Shown: in pieces, positions 28,310 through 45,526 of the stretch
Numbering within the stretch: position 1 is the stretch's first letter
Layout: each line of letters opens with the position of its first letter
Source: Eledone cirrhosa
Taxonomy: Eukaryota
Direction: 5' to 3'
Length of the DNA: 64,000 bases
NCBI GenBank assembly: GCA_964016885.1
Contig: OZ024740.1
Coordinates: 149,606,001 to 149,670,000, forward strand
Position numbers and translations under genes: made by a program
Notes under the pieces: generated by a model
Seen by the model: the letters and a program-made list of their open reading frames with translations, nothing else
What the model was told of the DNA's origin: nothing
Databases searched by the model: none

Positions 28310-28510
28310 GAAGAGACTACCACGAAATAATAAAGGTTTCTACCCCAATCACAGGGTCAGCAAACACCATTTATCCAGTTCGACATAAAGAGCTACTATG
28401 CTTCTATCACCTTACCGCTACTTACTGCCGCCTTGGACTTCGCCGAAGCACTCGTGCCCATCACCGACCAGGAATGAAAAATCATCTTCCACGCCAGGAA
28501 GCCTGTCTTA
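28310..28510 (+). mobile_element. Penelope-like RT fragment
   Basis: FIQFDIKSYYASIT...IIFHARKP, similar to the RT motif at 34000-34100 (-). Confidence 0.6.
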
Positions 28511-28511
28511 C

Positions 28512-30260
<1,749 letters not shown>

Positions 30261-30347
30261 AATATATATATATATATATATATATGTTTATATATATATA
30301 TATAAACATATATATATATATATATTTATATATATATGTGTGTCCTT

Positions 30348-30379
<32 letters not shown>

Positions 30380-30628
30380 AGATATATGTGTGTGTGTGTG
30401 TGTGTGTTTAGATATATATATGAATATGTATATATATATATGTATATATATGTATATATGTATATATATGTATATATATATATGTATATGTATATATATG
30501 TATGTATATGTATATATATATATATTTATATATATAGATATGTATATATATGTATATATATGTATATATATGTTTATATGTATATATGTATTTATATATA
30601 TACATATGTATATATATGTAAATATATG

Positions 30629-30721
<93 letters not shown>

Positions 30722-31130
30722 GTATATATATATATGTATATATATGTATATATATATATATATGTATATATATGTATATATATGTATATATATATGTATA
30801 TATATGTATATATATATGTATATATATATGTATATATGTATATATATATATGTATATATATATATGTATATATATGTATATATATATATATGTGTATATA
30901 TATATGTATATATATGTATATATATGTATATATACATATATATATGTATATATATGTATATATATGTATATATATATAGTAATAGTAATATTTATATTTA
31001 TATAACTATAAATATGTAGGGTTACCGGCTACCGGTATGACAAAAGGCTCAATGCAAATTTTCAAGTGTTTTACAGAGCCGAGATACAAAGTGTTAAAAG
31101 GATCACATTTTTAGTTTAGAACATTTATTA

Positions 31131-31175
31131 GCTGACAATTGTTTCTTCGAGGGGGAAGTCTGGAATCATCGGAGC
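31131..31175 (-). ncRNA. Hammerhead variant (C4 core)
   Basis: gct-CCGATGA-ttcc...gaa-GAAA-caattg-TC-agc; related motif at 27444-27490 (+). Confidence 0.6.
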
Positions 31176-31331
31176 ATAAGGAATGTCGAAACATGTAACT
31201 AAAACCCAGTCATTTAGAACATTTAGGGTACACAATTGTTATTAGTGTCAAAGGCATCATGTGGAGAGTCAGGAGTTAAAAAATGTTCTGCTTGAAAGAA
31301 CACAATATATATGTATATGTATATATATATG

Positions 31332-31452
<121 letters not shown>

Positions 31453-31455
31453 ATA

Positions 31456-31518
<63 letters not shown>

Positions 31519-31649
31519 GTGAGGTTTTTTTTACAAAATGAAAAATAACCAAGGTGTCCTACACGAGTGAAAGTATAAAGAAAAAGAGATGAAATCGAAA
31601 ATGCAACTGGAGTCTTATTTTTTTTAAAAATATATATATTTATTTGGTT

Positions 31650-31687
31650 CCTTTACCGGTTTCGCAGTTCTTCTGCTTTTCAAAAGG
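31650..31687 (-). ncRNA. Hammerhead variant (U3/A8 core)
   Basis: cctt-TTGAAAA-gcag aagaa ctgc-GAAA-ccgg-TA-aagg; second copy at 58654-58691. Confidence 0.75.
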
Positions 31688-31805
31688 TGAGTTGAGATGG
31701 AGGGTCTGTGGTTTTTCTCACATCTGGATGTAAAGGAACCAAATAAATATATATATTTTTTTAAAAAATAAGACTCCAGTTGCATTTTCGATTTTATCTC
31801 TTTTT

Positions 31806-31861
<56 letters not shown>

Positions 31862-31863
<2 letters not shown>

Positions 31864-32620
31864 TAACATTAAAGCCCGGCGTTGCTCGAGGTCATTAAGT
31901 TACCAAAGTTAGGTTGCACCATCCATTTTATGGCAGCACTTTTTTGTCTTCCAGGCACTGGGTGAATGAATTGCAGACCGGGAAGCAGGAGCTGCGCCAG
32001 CAGTGACAATTGTAGTTTCGTCTATGGGTATTATCTCTGTGCAAAAAAGTGTTGAAATTTATTGTTTCACAGTACTTGCGCAACACGCGCGTAGACGATG
32101 CCAGCCGAACAACAGAGCTGAGATGGAGTTGTTCTGTATGGTTGTCTGTGTGTTTTCTAAATTTAAGACAGTATTGAGGGTTGTGATATGAGGGAGAGTT
32201 AGCTGTTGTTTCTAGCAGGTTTAGTGACCTCATAGAGGATATGTGTTTTCTAAATTTAAGACAGTAGGGAGTGGTGTGATATGGAGGAGAGTTAGCTGCT
32301 GTTTCTAGCAGGTTTAGTGACCTCATAGAAGATATGTTTTCTAAATTTAAGACAGTAGGGATGGGTGTGATATGGGGGAGAATTAGCTGCTGTTTCTAGC
32401 AGGTTTAGTACCCTCATAGAGGATATATGTTTTCTAAATTTAAGACAGTAGGGAGTGGTGTGATATGGGGGAGAGTTAGCTGCTGTTTCTAGCAGGTTTA
32501 GTGACCTCATAGAAGATATGTTTTCTAAATTTAAGAGAGTAGGGAGGGGTGTGGTATGTGGGAGAGTTAGCTGCTGTTTCTAGCAGGTTTAGTGACCTCA
32601 TAGAGGATATTATTGTATAT
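31862..32620 (-). mobile_element. Probable non-autonomous Helitron containing a ~92-bp minisatellite
   Basis: Minus strand ends ctcgagcaacgccggg...ttag|t, like the 3' end at 20118-20145. About 5 tandem units at 32150-32610 with periods 93/91/93/91. Confidence 0.6.
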
Positions 32621-32626
32621 CATTAT

Positions 32627-34105
32627 CTATAAAAGGCTGGAAAGTATATCCCATTTTAAGGTGAACTGTTGGTTGTGTTCACGGAGTTGCCAGGTCTTGT
32701 TGGCGAGCGTGGTCACAAAACGGTGATTCGGATGCTTGATTGAGAATCGATGACGGTACCAGCGAGATTTAAACGATGTGGTGGTAGATCCGATATAATA
32801 CCATTTCTGGTCGTTCGATTCAACCGTGCATTGGTAAACAATGTTGGACTTTAGGCATTCATTCTTCAATGGACATCTTTCAGGTAGATGGCAGTTACAT
32901 TCTTTGTTGTGGGTAGCGGGTATACCATGGATAGGTTGTGATAGCGGTACAGGTGGGTTGTGTAATACCCGTCTCCCATTTAGTTGTTGGGAGGCAGATA
33001 TTGCGTTCTGCCCATCTGTTACTAAAATGTTTTGTTTTGTAGAGTTGTTTAATTGCCTTAAGTTGAGTTTTTTTATGTATGCTTCAAGGTTTGGTGCCGT
33101 GGAGTATGATAGTCTAATAGTTTTAGAGTTCAGAATTTTGCTGTATTTATGGGAACTAGGGAAATGTTTGTTGATTAATTTAAAGAATGAAAGAGATAGT
33201 TTTGTACTAATCGAGGCATTAAAAATAGGATTATACCAGATATACTTTCTACAACGTGATTTATTTGGTGGTGATCTTCTATTATTAGTATGTCTGGTAG
33301 TACTGTGTGTGTGTGCTTGTGTTTTAGTCCCCCGGCTACGTATTTTTTGATTTCGTGTAGAGCAATGTGTGTTATGGAAATTCTTATCGATGTATTCTAT
33401 TGTATCCCGGTGGTCAGCATTCCTTAATGCATTATTGTAGTATTCAGCGTGTTCACTAAAAATATCAGAGTTAGACGATAGGCGAGAGATTCTAAGAGAA
33501 ATACTCCGGGGAACTGATTTGATCATGGAGAGTGGGTGGTTAGAGTTAAAGTTAATATACGTAAGGTTCTCATTTACCTTGTGGAAGGGTCGTATCTGTC
33601 CGGTATTTAAATTAAGAGTTACGTCCAGAAAATTTACTACTTTAAGATTGTATTCGTATGTTATTTTTAGACCCAGTTCACTAAAAGATTTTCTAATATT
33701 TTTCCGTAGCCTTTCAAGATTTTGGTTATTCAAGTTATTAACTAATAAGAGCCCGTCATCTCTGTATATCCCCCCCCCCCCTGTAGATTACTAAATTTAC
33801 TATGTAATATGTGGGCTATGTAAATTCCCACGAGATCCGTGACCTCCGCCGAGTCGTTGGAACCCATGGTAATATCGAAATTTGTGGGTCTGTCCTTACG
33901 TTCCCAGTAGCAGTTATCGAACTTAATAATGGTTTTTCTAGCCTCGAGAATAATATTAATTTCGTCCTCCGTTAGGTCGGAATTGGCCTTAGCAAACGAT
34001 AGGGCCTTACGTAAAGTGCTTGGTGAGATGGAAGAGTAGTATTCGTCTATGTCAAATTGTATAAACTTAGATTTATTCTTATTCTTAATATTATTAAACC
34101 AGCGA
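32627..34105 (-). mobile_element. Penelope-like element, RT + GIY-YIG, disrupted
   Basis: FIQFDIDEYYSSIS, DITMGSNDSAEVTDLVG, GIYRDDGL, VNFLDVTLNL, NIVYQC...YYIGSTTTSFKSRWYRH. Confidence 0.9.
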
Positions 34106-34129
34106 ATTGCTATATATATATATATATAT

Positions 34130-35600
34130 TAAGGTTAAGCTCAACTACACCACTAGAAATAGCAGACTACCCACTTTCTACCACCTCATCAAGACCCACA
34201 AGAATAGTACTAAGACACAAATAAGACCCATCGTCTCTAGCATAGAAGGACCCCAATACAAAATTTCCTGGCTTCTCTCCCAGGTCCTCAAGCCTCTACT
34301 CTCCACCTTTCCCGGGCATGTCAGTAGCTCCGACGAAGTTATACGTAGACTACACCAAATCCAGCCAGAACAACTTAAACTAAATAGATACGCCTTTAGC
34401 CTCGACGTTGTCTCCCTCTACACTACAGTCCCCGCTCATCCAGCTGTCGATTTATTGACGGACTGCGTGGTCGCAGAGGACATTCACTGCTACGGCCTTC
34501 ATCCGACGGATATACACCAGCTTTTGTCCTTCACAGTAGACAACACGTACTTCACCTTCCCCCATCACACATACAGACAGACAACAGGATTATCCATGGG
34601 ATCCAGCCTATCGGGCCTGCTGGCCATCACCTATATGAACCAGCTAGAATGCCGAACCCTCAACACCTGCCATTCCCATACCTTCTTCACCCGATATGTA
34701 GATGACATACTCATCCTTACATCATCCCATGAGGAGGCAGATAAAATATACATAACATTCTCCAGCATGGACGCCAGTATAAAGTTCAACATGGAACACC
34801 CCGATGACCGCGGATCTTTATCCCTACTGGACTTCCAGCTCAGGGTAACAGAGGAAGGCAACATCCACACCTGCTTCTATAAAAAGGCCGCCAGCAGGGA
34901 CCTGTTCGTACATTTCAGATCGGCCCTCCCAGCCGGCGCTAAGTTCGGATACATAAGGAACGAACTAACACGTATCCGGAGCAAATGCACCGACGCTAAA
35001 GACCGAGACACACACACCACACATTTCCTGGAAGTACTCAAACTGAACGGATACACGACATACACCACAAACCGTGCCAGAAAGAACAGAGGACACCACA
35101 CCCGAGGCACTAACACTTGCTTCCTGAAGCTCCCATATTTCAGTGACAAAACAACAGCCATCCGCAGAGCTATCAGACGAGAGGGACTAGATATCCAACT
35201 GGCCCACTCAGGTCCTTCTCTACGCGGACAGCTAACCAAAAGACACTCCACCAGACATGACAACTGCTGCAGGCTAGCCAACTGCCCCATCAACGACACA
35301 GACCTATGCCACCAGGCTTACGTCGTATACAGACTAGAGTGTGACAAATGCAGCAACTTCTACATAGGTAGCACCACCAGACCACTCCACATAAGAATAA
35401 AAGAACACCTCAATACTAACGCTTCCTCATTTAAGAAACACCTAGTTAAATGCAAAAACACCGACAAAACCATAACAGTTAGGATAGAAACTAAGGAAAG
35501 AAACCTCGGCAATCTTAGAATTAAGGAAGCACTAATTATAGACAAAACACAACCACCAATCAATAATAGACTAGAATTCAACACCCAATTTATAACTTGA
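34130..35600 (+). CDS. Penelope-type reverse transcriptase + GIY-YIG endonuclease (N-terminally truncated)
   Basis: IRPIVS, FSLDVVSLYT, QTTGLSMGSSLS, RYVDD, VVYRLEC..C..FYIGSTTRPLHIRIKEH. Confidence 0.88.
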
Positions 35601-36164
35601 GAGAGCTTCTAGCCCCATATTTACACCCCCGCCCCCACACACACACACGCACACACACGCACACGCACACACACACACACACACACAACACGCTTACACC
35701 TCCACTTATTCTCTCTCACACACACACATACACACACAAAGACCAGTTCTAACACGAGATAACATCTATCCCCCACATTTACGTATAGATATATCTTCTC
35801 ACACTCACACACACACACTCACATACTTACACCTTCATGCATTCTCCCACACACTTAAACAGGCATGTACAAAAAAAAACCTTTTAAAGGGAGACTACTC
35901 TTTATCCACCTAACCTTAACTCTTTGACATTAGAGATAGAACAGATACTCTATACCATTTCCTGTCAGCATGACTTGGCAAGCTATTTAGAACACTGGTT
36001 TAACCGCTTTACTTCCCACCGAAGAAGAGATATTATCTCGAAAATTAAGGACATTTAAATAAATCTAAGGTAAAAGACTAATTGTCAACAATATCTTTTG
36101 CATTTGCATTCTTTATTCTATGTCCATACCTGCATTGTTTTGGCTTTATTATACATATACAAAC

Positions 36165-36165
<1 letters not shown>
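34130..36165 (+). mobile_element. Penelope-like element (Poseidon-like), 5'-truncated
   Basis: Open RT + GIY-YIG frame, then a 3' pseudo-LTR with a hammerhead variant at 36015-36050; flanked by (TA)n. Confidence 0.92.
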
Positions 36166-36221
<56 letters not shown>

Positions 36222-36379
36222 TATATATATATATATTTTTTATATATATATATATATTTTAATCTGTTTACTTTGTCTCCTGTCCTTTTATATTTCATGT
36301 TGATATTTGTTTTCACTCTGTTTTGGTGTTTTAACCGCGAAATATTATTGTTTTTCGAACAACATTAATAATTGATATT

Positions 36380-36452
36380 TAAACGCTGCTATCTTCCACG
36401 CTGTCTCTCTCCTTCTTTCCTTCTTTCTCTCTATCTCTCTCTCTAGATCGCA

Positions 36453-36528
<76 letters not shown>

Positions 36529-38385
36529 CCCTAAATCGCACCTTGATTTTCTCACCAGACTTATCTCTCTTTCCCTCTCTAACATTTTCCCTACCCTTCC
36601 CACTATCTCTCTTTTTCCCCTCCACAGCGAAATGGACTGCATGCATGGAAAAGGTGAAATTAAAAGCCAGCGAAACTGGTCAAAGATGCAACTAGCGGTT
36701 TTGATCAAAGGGTGGAACCTGGCTGACGGGTCTCCACAAAGCAAAAAGATTGCAGAGATCCTGAGGAACCATGGCTTCCTGAGGACTCTGGCGCAGATTG
36801 AAAGAAAAAGAAAAGAAATCGAGAAGGCCTATGAACTCATAGCGCCACATATGGCGATGCTAAGCCGTGTCCTCGAGGAGGAGAAACATGAGGAGAAGGA
36901 GAGGGGAAAGGAAAAGGAAGAAAGCACAAGCACGAACCTGAAAGAAAGTGAGATACCCGCCGCCACAGTCAGAGAGGGCAGGCCGGGCAACCAACAAGCA
37001 AACGGTAAAGGTGAGAAGCGAAATCACCTTCCGAAGGAGAACCATGCGGAGAGGGACCAGTGGACAACTGTTCAAAGGAAGAACAAAAAGCACCGAGACA
37101 CTGGGAGCAAGAAAACCCAGGTAATGTGCAAGTTCTTCAGGAACGGGACCTGCTGGCATGGAGAAACAGGAGTGGGCTGCAGATTCTCTCACCCCAGGCC
37201 CCAAACGAACTATGCCCATGCCCATCCTACTCGCGCAACATGCCCCAGCCAAAGCCAAAACAAGCCGCTCCAGAAGTATGTTGAAGTCGCGCGTGCCGCG
37301 CCAACAAGGAGAAGGCACGCACATGCCGACGAGATACAGATGGCAGCAGCAGAGCAGAATAATTTTTAATGATGGCAGAAAAGATTGTGGGACAGCTGAC
37401 CTGGTTGCATCGTTTTCAGAGCCAGGGTCACCCACACGAGCACTCGAGACCACCACAATTAAGGGACCCAGAGTGGCCGCCGCTGACACCAGGACAGGTG
37501 TCATACCGACAGCCATTGCTGGCACCCCAAAAGTCACACCAGTGCTGCTGCTAAATGTCCGAGGCCTGGTGAAACGCACTAACATGAGTAAAATTTCCTA
37601 CCTGGGAGACTTAGCCATAAGCAATGAAGCACTATGCATGGCACTAACCGAAACGCACCTGACAAGCAGTATAGCAGATGCAGAAATACATATATCGAAA
37701 TATACTGTATCTCGTTCGGACAGGGAGGAGAGAACTCATGGTGGGGTTGCTCTGTATATCCGTGAAGATGTTACACTAATTGTACTGTTGACACATTCAA
37801 ACTCAGTCTGTGACACACTGATAGTCCATATGAAGCAACTAAAGACAGTAATATGTGTCACATATCGGCCGCCCGATGCCCCCAGTCATGAGGGTAAATT
37901 TGAGGATAGCCTCAGTAGGATAGAAGAGGTCCTGACAAACTGGACCAGGGTCTCAACATTCTACTGCTGGGAGACTTCAACCTGCCAAAGGTCAAATGGC
38001 CTGAGGGCCACCTCCTCCCTGGAATGACGTCAATAGAACAGAGACAGACGGAATCCCTGCTAACCCTCACACACAGGCTGTTCATGGAACAAGCAATACT
38101 CCTCCCAACAAGAGGCGAAAATGTCCTGGACCTCTGTTTTACAAACAACGAAGTGCTCATCCACAAAGTAAAGGTGACACCAACAATTTTCTCGGATGAT
38201 AACTTAGTAGAACTAATGATATATACTACCCAGGTAGCTGAAAGAAGGTACAATATGCCCTATCCATGAAGGAGGTAGCAGAGCGGAGGCCAAAAACTAT
38301 AGGCCAGTCTCCCTGACGTCGCATATCAGTAAGGTCATGGAGCGAGTCGTCAGAAAGGAACTAATCACTTTCCTCGAGGAAATAT
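36380..38385 (+). mobile_element. CR1-group LINE 5' part: ORF1 with CCCH finger + APE endonuclease, internally deleted
   Basis: ORF1 has CKFFRNGTCWHG...CRFSH; ORF2 has LLNVRGL, LTETHL, RSDR..RTHGGVALYI, YRPP. 37880-38220 and 38225-38385 match 25710-26050 and 26880-27040. Confidence 0.88.
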
Positions 38386-38386
38386 G

Positions 38387-40154
38387 TCAAAGTTTTAATG
38401 ATAATAGAATTGTGACCAACCGAGCACGGCGGGCTGTTTGATGTTCTGCGGCACGGGAGGCGGCGGTGGATACAGCGTTCTGGGACCTTCGGATGGCTGT
38501 CTGTATCTCGGTCTGGGATGCTCTGGCAGCTGCGGTGGAGGCGGAGTCCTTGGACCTTCGGATGGCTGTCTGTATCTCGGTCTGGGATGCTCTGGCAGCT
38601 GCCTTGGAGGCGGAGTCCTTGGACCTTCGGATGGCTGTCTCGTGGTCGGTTTCTGCGGCACGGTAGGCGGCGGTTGAAGCAGCGTTCTTTGACCGTCTGG
38701 TGGCTGTTTGCTGTTTAGTTTCGGAGGCCCTTGCAGCAGCAGTAGTTGCAGCATTCCTAGCGCTACGAAGAGCTCTTTGGCTGTCATTCTCTGCTGCCCT
38801 AGAGGCGGCTGTTGCCACTGCATTCCGACAATTACGAATGGCACGATTCGAAGCGGTAACCGTAGATAGAGAGGCGCTGGGTTGGGCTGTGCTAGGGGTA
38901 CTTAAGTTTGAAAGCGAAGTAACAGGGGTTTGTGGCCAAAAATGCAGTCCGGCATCCGTAGACTGCTCATTCAATCGCCTCTTTTTTGAAACAACAGACG
39001 ATGTTTTACTACGGCTAAGGGTACTCTTTCTTTTCAGTGGCATGGTTGCAATAGTACAGTAAACAGTAAAGGGGAAGCAGGTTTAGAGCAAAGGCAAAAA
39101 AGCGAAGGTGATAAGCAGTATTTTGGGGAAGGTAAAAAAAAATGACAAATTGTTACAATTTTAAGCAAGAAAAAAGTAAACAAAAAACGTACTGGGAATG
39201 GCAAAGTCCGAAAGCGAGGTCACAAAATGTAATGCAGTGAGAGTGAAGCACACGTCTACACAGTAGCCTAACCAAGTAGCAAGTGTAGCGTTTGAAAACC
39301 AAAACTTTGCAGGCCACTCAAATCAACGATAAGAGTCTGCAGAATTTTTTGATAGCAGTCTTGCCAAAACAGAATAAAAGCTGCCACCTCCAGCTCGACC
39401 GAAAGAAAGCAAAAACTGACTCAACTGGTGCCAGATGGTCAGAACTGGCAGGAACTGGTTTGTGTCACGTGAAGCTGTAACTATAGCAACAGTGGTTCCC
39501 TCGGTCTCAAAGACCAAAGTAAGTGGAGAGGGGAAGGTAATGTTACTGTAGCACCAACAACGTCTCTCTCTATATTCCTCCCTCAACAAAGAAGGGGGAG
39601 GGGAAGGTAATGTTACTATAGCAACAGTGGTTCGCTCACTGACCAAAGTGGAGAGGGGAATGTAATATTTCTGTGACACCCAAAACTTCTCTCTCTATCT
39701 TCCTTTCTCTCTCTAAAGAAGGGGGAAGGGGAAGGTAATGTTACTATAAGACCTGTTATTCCTGTCTCTCTATATATGAAATGGAGATTCGACCTTGAGC
39801 TTCACTCTCGACCGAATTTCGAAATGATTTGAGCACGTAAACAAAATTGAGACTCTTTTCTACCCATATCAGCAAAAAACCGGGTCAAAAAACTCAAAAG
39901 GAAAAATGTTTAACGCGTGCATATAATGCAACCTCATCTCCCGATTTCACCCAAAATAGACAAAAAGGTGGATTGCGGGCCCCTAGGGGGACCTATCAAA
40001 AAACAAAGTAGCCTAAGCAATGTAAAGGGTCATGAGGAGTGATGTGTGCAAATTTGGGCGAGATCGGGCGAGCGGTGTAGACGCCAACATCGAATAATGT
40101 AGCATCCACACACACACACAGACAAACACACATCCTCTGTTTTATATATATAGA
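38387..40154 (-). mobile_element. Helitron 5' portion with a truncated STPR-repeat ORF (38387-39043)
   Basis: Minus-strand start A|TCtatatatataaaacagaggatg matches the 19480 element; ORF begins MPLKRKS and has 23-aa (69-bp) units such as RASQTEIQTAIRRSKDSASTAAA. Confidence 0.8.
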
Positions 40155-40239
40155 TACATATATATACATATATATATACATATATTTACATATATATATA
40201 TACATATGTATATATATATATATTTACATATATATATAC

Positions 40240-40316
<77 letters not shown>

Positions 40317-40443
40317 TATACATATATATATACATATATATATATACATATATATACATATATATATACATATATATATATACATATATTTACATATATA
40401 TATATACATATGTATATATATATATATTTACATATATATATAC

Positions 40444-40516
<73 letters not shown>

Positions 40517-40666
40517 TATATACATATATATATACATATATATATATACATATATATACATATATATACATATATATACATATATATATATACATATATA
40601 TACATATATATACATATATATACATATATATGTATATATATGTATATATATGTATATATATATATG

Positions 40667-40697
<31 letters not shown>

Positions 40698-40771
40698 GTA
40701 TATATATGTATATATATATGTATATATATATATGTGTGTATATAGACATATATATATATTTATATATAGAC

Positions 40772-40808
<37 letters not shown>

Positions 40809-40854
40809 TGTACATATATATACATATATTTACATATATATATACATATGTATA

Positions 40855-40892
<38 letters not shown>

Positions 40893-41127
40893 TATACATA
40901 TATATACATATAAACATATATATATATACATATATATACATATATATATACATATATATACATATATATACATATATATACATATATATATACATATATA
41001 TACATATTTATACATATATATACATATATATGTATATATATGTATATATATGTATATATATATATGTATATATATATATATGTATATATATGTATATATA
41101 TGTATATATATGTATATATATATATGT

Positions 41128-41173
<46 letters not shown>

Positions 41174-41497
41174 GTATATATATGTACATATATATATGTT
41201 TATATGTATATATATATATGTATATATATATGTATATATATATATATATATTGTATATATATATGTATATATATATACATATATATATATACATATATAT
41301 ATATATACATATGTATATATATATGTATATATATGTATATATACATGTATATATATATGTATATATATATACATATATATATATATACATATGTATATAT
41401 ACATGTATATATATATGTATATATATGTATATATACATGTATATATATATGTATATATATATACATATATATATATATACATATGTATATATACATG

Positions 41498-41531
<34 letters not shown>

Positions 41532-41607
41532 CATATTTCTGTTTTTGCATTATATATATACATATGTATACATATATATATATATACATATATATACATA
41601 TATATAC

Positions 41608-41660
<53 letters not shown>

Positions 41661-41733
41661 CATATATATACATATATATATATACATACATATATATATA
41701 TACATATATATATATATACATATATATATATAC

Positions 41734-41780
<47 letters not shown>

Positions 41781-41905
41781 CATATATATATACACACATA
41801 TATATATACATATATATATACATATATATGCATATATGTATATATAGATATATACATACATATATATATATATATTCATATATATATATACATATATATA
41901 TATAC
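40155..41905. repeat. Compound (TA)n/(TATG/CATA) microsatellite, the longest of many such tracts
   Basis: About 1.75 kb of near-pure TA-based repeat; similar tracts occur from 21.8 kb to 63.7 kb. Confidence 0.97.
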
Positions 41906-42068
41906 AAGTATGCTAGGGAAAGGATCAGGGGTGTATAACACTCCACTTATCCAGCAGGCAGTATGAGGTTAGCTCAATGTCTGAGGACAGAGCCGTAATA
42001 TAATAAATAAATAACAAAGAACGCTTATATACAATGTTATTGCTTGTATGGTATGTAATTAACCTTTA

Positions 42069-42114
42069 TGCTCTGATGAGTCCCACTTATAGTGCGGATG
42101 AAACAATGTTAGCA
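42069..42114 (+). ncRNA. Minimal hammerhead motif in a ~240-bp cassette between TA tracts
   Basis: tgct-CTGATGA-gtcc cacttatagtgc ggat-GAAA-caatg-TT-agca. Confidence 0.72.
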
Positions 42115-42271
42115 AGTAAAGATATGCATATGCTATAAGCGTTCTTTGTTATTTATTTATTATATATATATATACATATATATACATATATATATACATA
42201 TATATATATACATATATATATACATATATATATATGCATATATGTATATATATATATCTTTATATATATAC

Positions 42272-42403
<132 letters not shown>

Positions 42404-42499
42404 GACCGGCAAACGCTCTGTTTAATCAGTTCCTGATTATTACTAGAATTCTATAAGAATCAAACATTCATGATTTTTAGAAAAAAAGTTGGAGTACTT

Positions 42500-42544
42500 A
42501 GCTTTGATAAGCACCAAAAAGTGCGAAACAGAGCTCTGTCAGCT
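42500..42544 (+). ncRNA. Hammerhead variant (U3/A8 core, palindromic stem III)
   Basis: agct-TTGATAA-gcac caaaaa gtgc-GAAA-cagagctctg-TC-agct. Confidence 0.8.
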
Positions 42545-42877
42545 TTATCTCCCCTGTTTGCTGAAAATTAAAGTAAATGAGACTGTCACTACTCTAAAAC
42601 AATAGCGTAAGGTCTTCGAAATGCTTTTAATTAAGCATACAGTGTATTGCAAAATACACTATATACACATTCATATATATATCGCTATTTCAGAGAACCA
42701 ATTCAAATGTATATATATGTATATATATATATATGTATATCCATATATATACATTTGAATTGGTTCTCTGAAATAGCGATATATATATGAATGTGTATAT
42801 AGTGTATATATAGTATTATATACATATATATATATATTTGTATATATATATATGTATATATATATATGTATATATAT

Positions 42878-43208
42878 AACACACACAAAAACAAGATGGC
42901 GTAGGATAGAACAAAGGAGAGGCACAAAAACAAAGAAAAGAATCCCCAGTCATTGAAGAGGTCACAGAATGTGTGACGAAAGAACTTTGACAATATATAA
43001 ACAATCATCTTGTTGTGGAACCAACCAACCAACCAACCGGAAATTTATAAATTCCTAAATTTATAAATTTATTATAATAAATTGAAGTGAAAGCAACTGG
43101 TGCGTGTGTTTCTTATTGACAACATGATCCTCCCAAAGTATAACAATATCGGTTTCAACACACGTTTTCAGATAAAGAATCTTGCTAAACAAATTCAGAA
43201 ACGAAATA
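42878..43208 (+). mobile_element. Solo Penelope pseudo-LTR (same family as 29800-30050)
   Basis: Direct sequence match including the hammerhead; flanked by (TA)n. Confidence 0.8.
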
Positions 43209-43212
43209 TATG

Positions 43213-43306
<94 letters not shown>

Positions 43307-43436
43307 TGTATATATATGTATATATATATATGTATATATATATATGTATATATATGTATATATATATATGTATATATGTATATATATGTATATATATATA
43401 TATACGCATATATATATATGTATATATACGTATATA

Positions 43437-43491
<55 letters not shown>

Positions 43492-43537
43492 AAATACGTA
43501 TATATATATATGTATATATATATATGTATATATATAC

Positions 43538-44247
<710 letters not shown>

Positions 44248-44668
44248 GGATGTATGTATGTATATATATATATGTATATATATCATCATCATCATTCTTC
44301 GACTACTGTCGAGATGATGGATCTCACTCTCATGCCCCAGAACTCCCTGTCCCCCATATAGTGCGGTTCCCTGAGGAACAGGAATCCTGGTGCAGTCAGT
44401 TGCGAAATCCATCATCTTTTCAAATAGCTAATAATGTGTGTGGGCGCCACTACTACACACATGTGAAAGAATTTGACAGCCAAGTCTTGAAGAAGGTGCT
44501 TTCTCCTCCGTGTGGTGGGTTACCCGGCGCCAGATACCAGCCAGGCATTTATACCCTCGCCCTAATTGTTCGTGTTGCAAGCACTAGAGTAGTCGCTAAC
44601 CAAAGCTATGGACCCACTCTATCCGTCTGGAGATACGTTGTACTAGCTTGTATATATATATATGTATG

Positions 44669-44731
<63 letters not shown>

Positions 44732-44829
44732 GTATATGTATATATATGTATATGTATATATATGTATATATATATATGTGTATATATATATATATGTATG
44801 TATATATATATGTATATATATATATATGT

Positions 44830-45356
44830 CGGGTCACTCTTGAGTGCTACTGGTAACATGTAACCCAGTACAACCTGTCGTATGGTCGGTTCGTCGGCGA
44901 CTAAACCGGCAACCCCACCAAGTTTACTTGGTGAGGAGAGTGATTTTGGACACCCTGCAGGACAAAAGACAAAACCTGACAAAGGGCGGAAGAACTCATA
45001 AGAGTCAACGGCCATCCAAAAGTGTGTAAATATGTATATACACATGTACCGCACGGTTAAACCACTGGGAGTGAAGGACCCCCAGCCTTTGTCAGGGCAT
45101 TCTTCTAGGAGAAGGTAACTCGGAAAACTGGGATAACTCTGATATAAAACCTGCGGCTCAGTAGTTACCGATGATGTTGATCTTTTCTTCTTTTCGGGTT
45201 ATTGCTACTGTCGCTCAGAGAGTGGGATTGGCTCAGTGCACAGTCTTTCCTCACTTTAAAAAATATCTTCATGCACAGGCATTGCAGGATAGAATTAATT
45301 AATAATTATTAATAATGGTATATCATGCAATGGCCATACTCGATAACGAGGGGGCA

Positions 45357-45452
<96 letters not shown>

Positions 45453-45482
45453 GTATATATATATGTATGCATATATATGTAT

Positions 45483-45526
<44 letters not shown>

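Noticed and set aside
32150-32610. Regular repeats here and at 59324-61153 as CRISPR-like arrays
   Set aside because: Units repeat in full with no unique spacers, there are no cas genes, and the context is eukaryotic.
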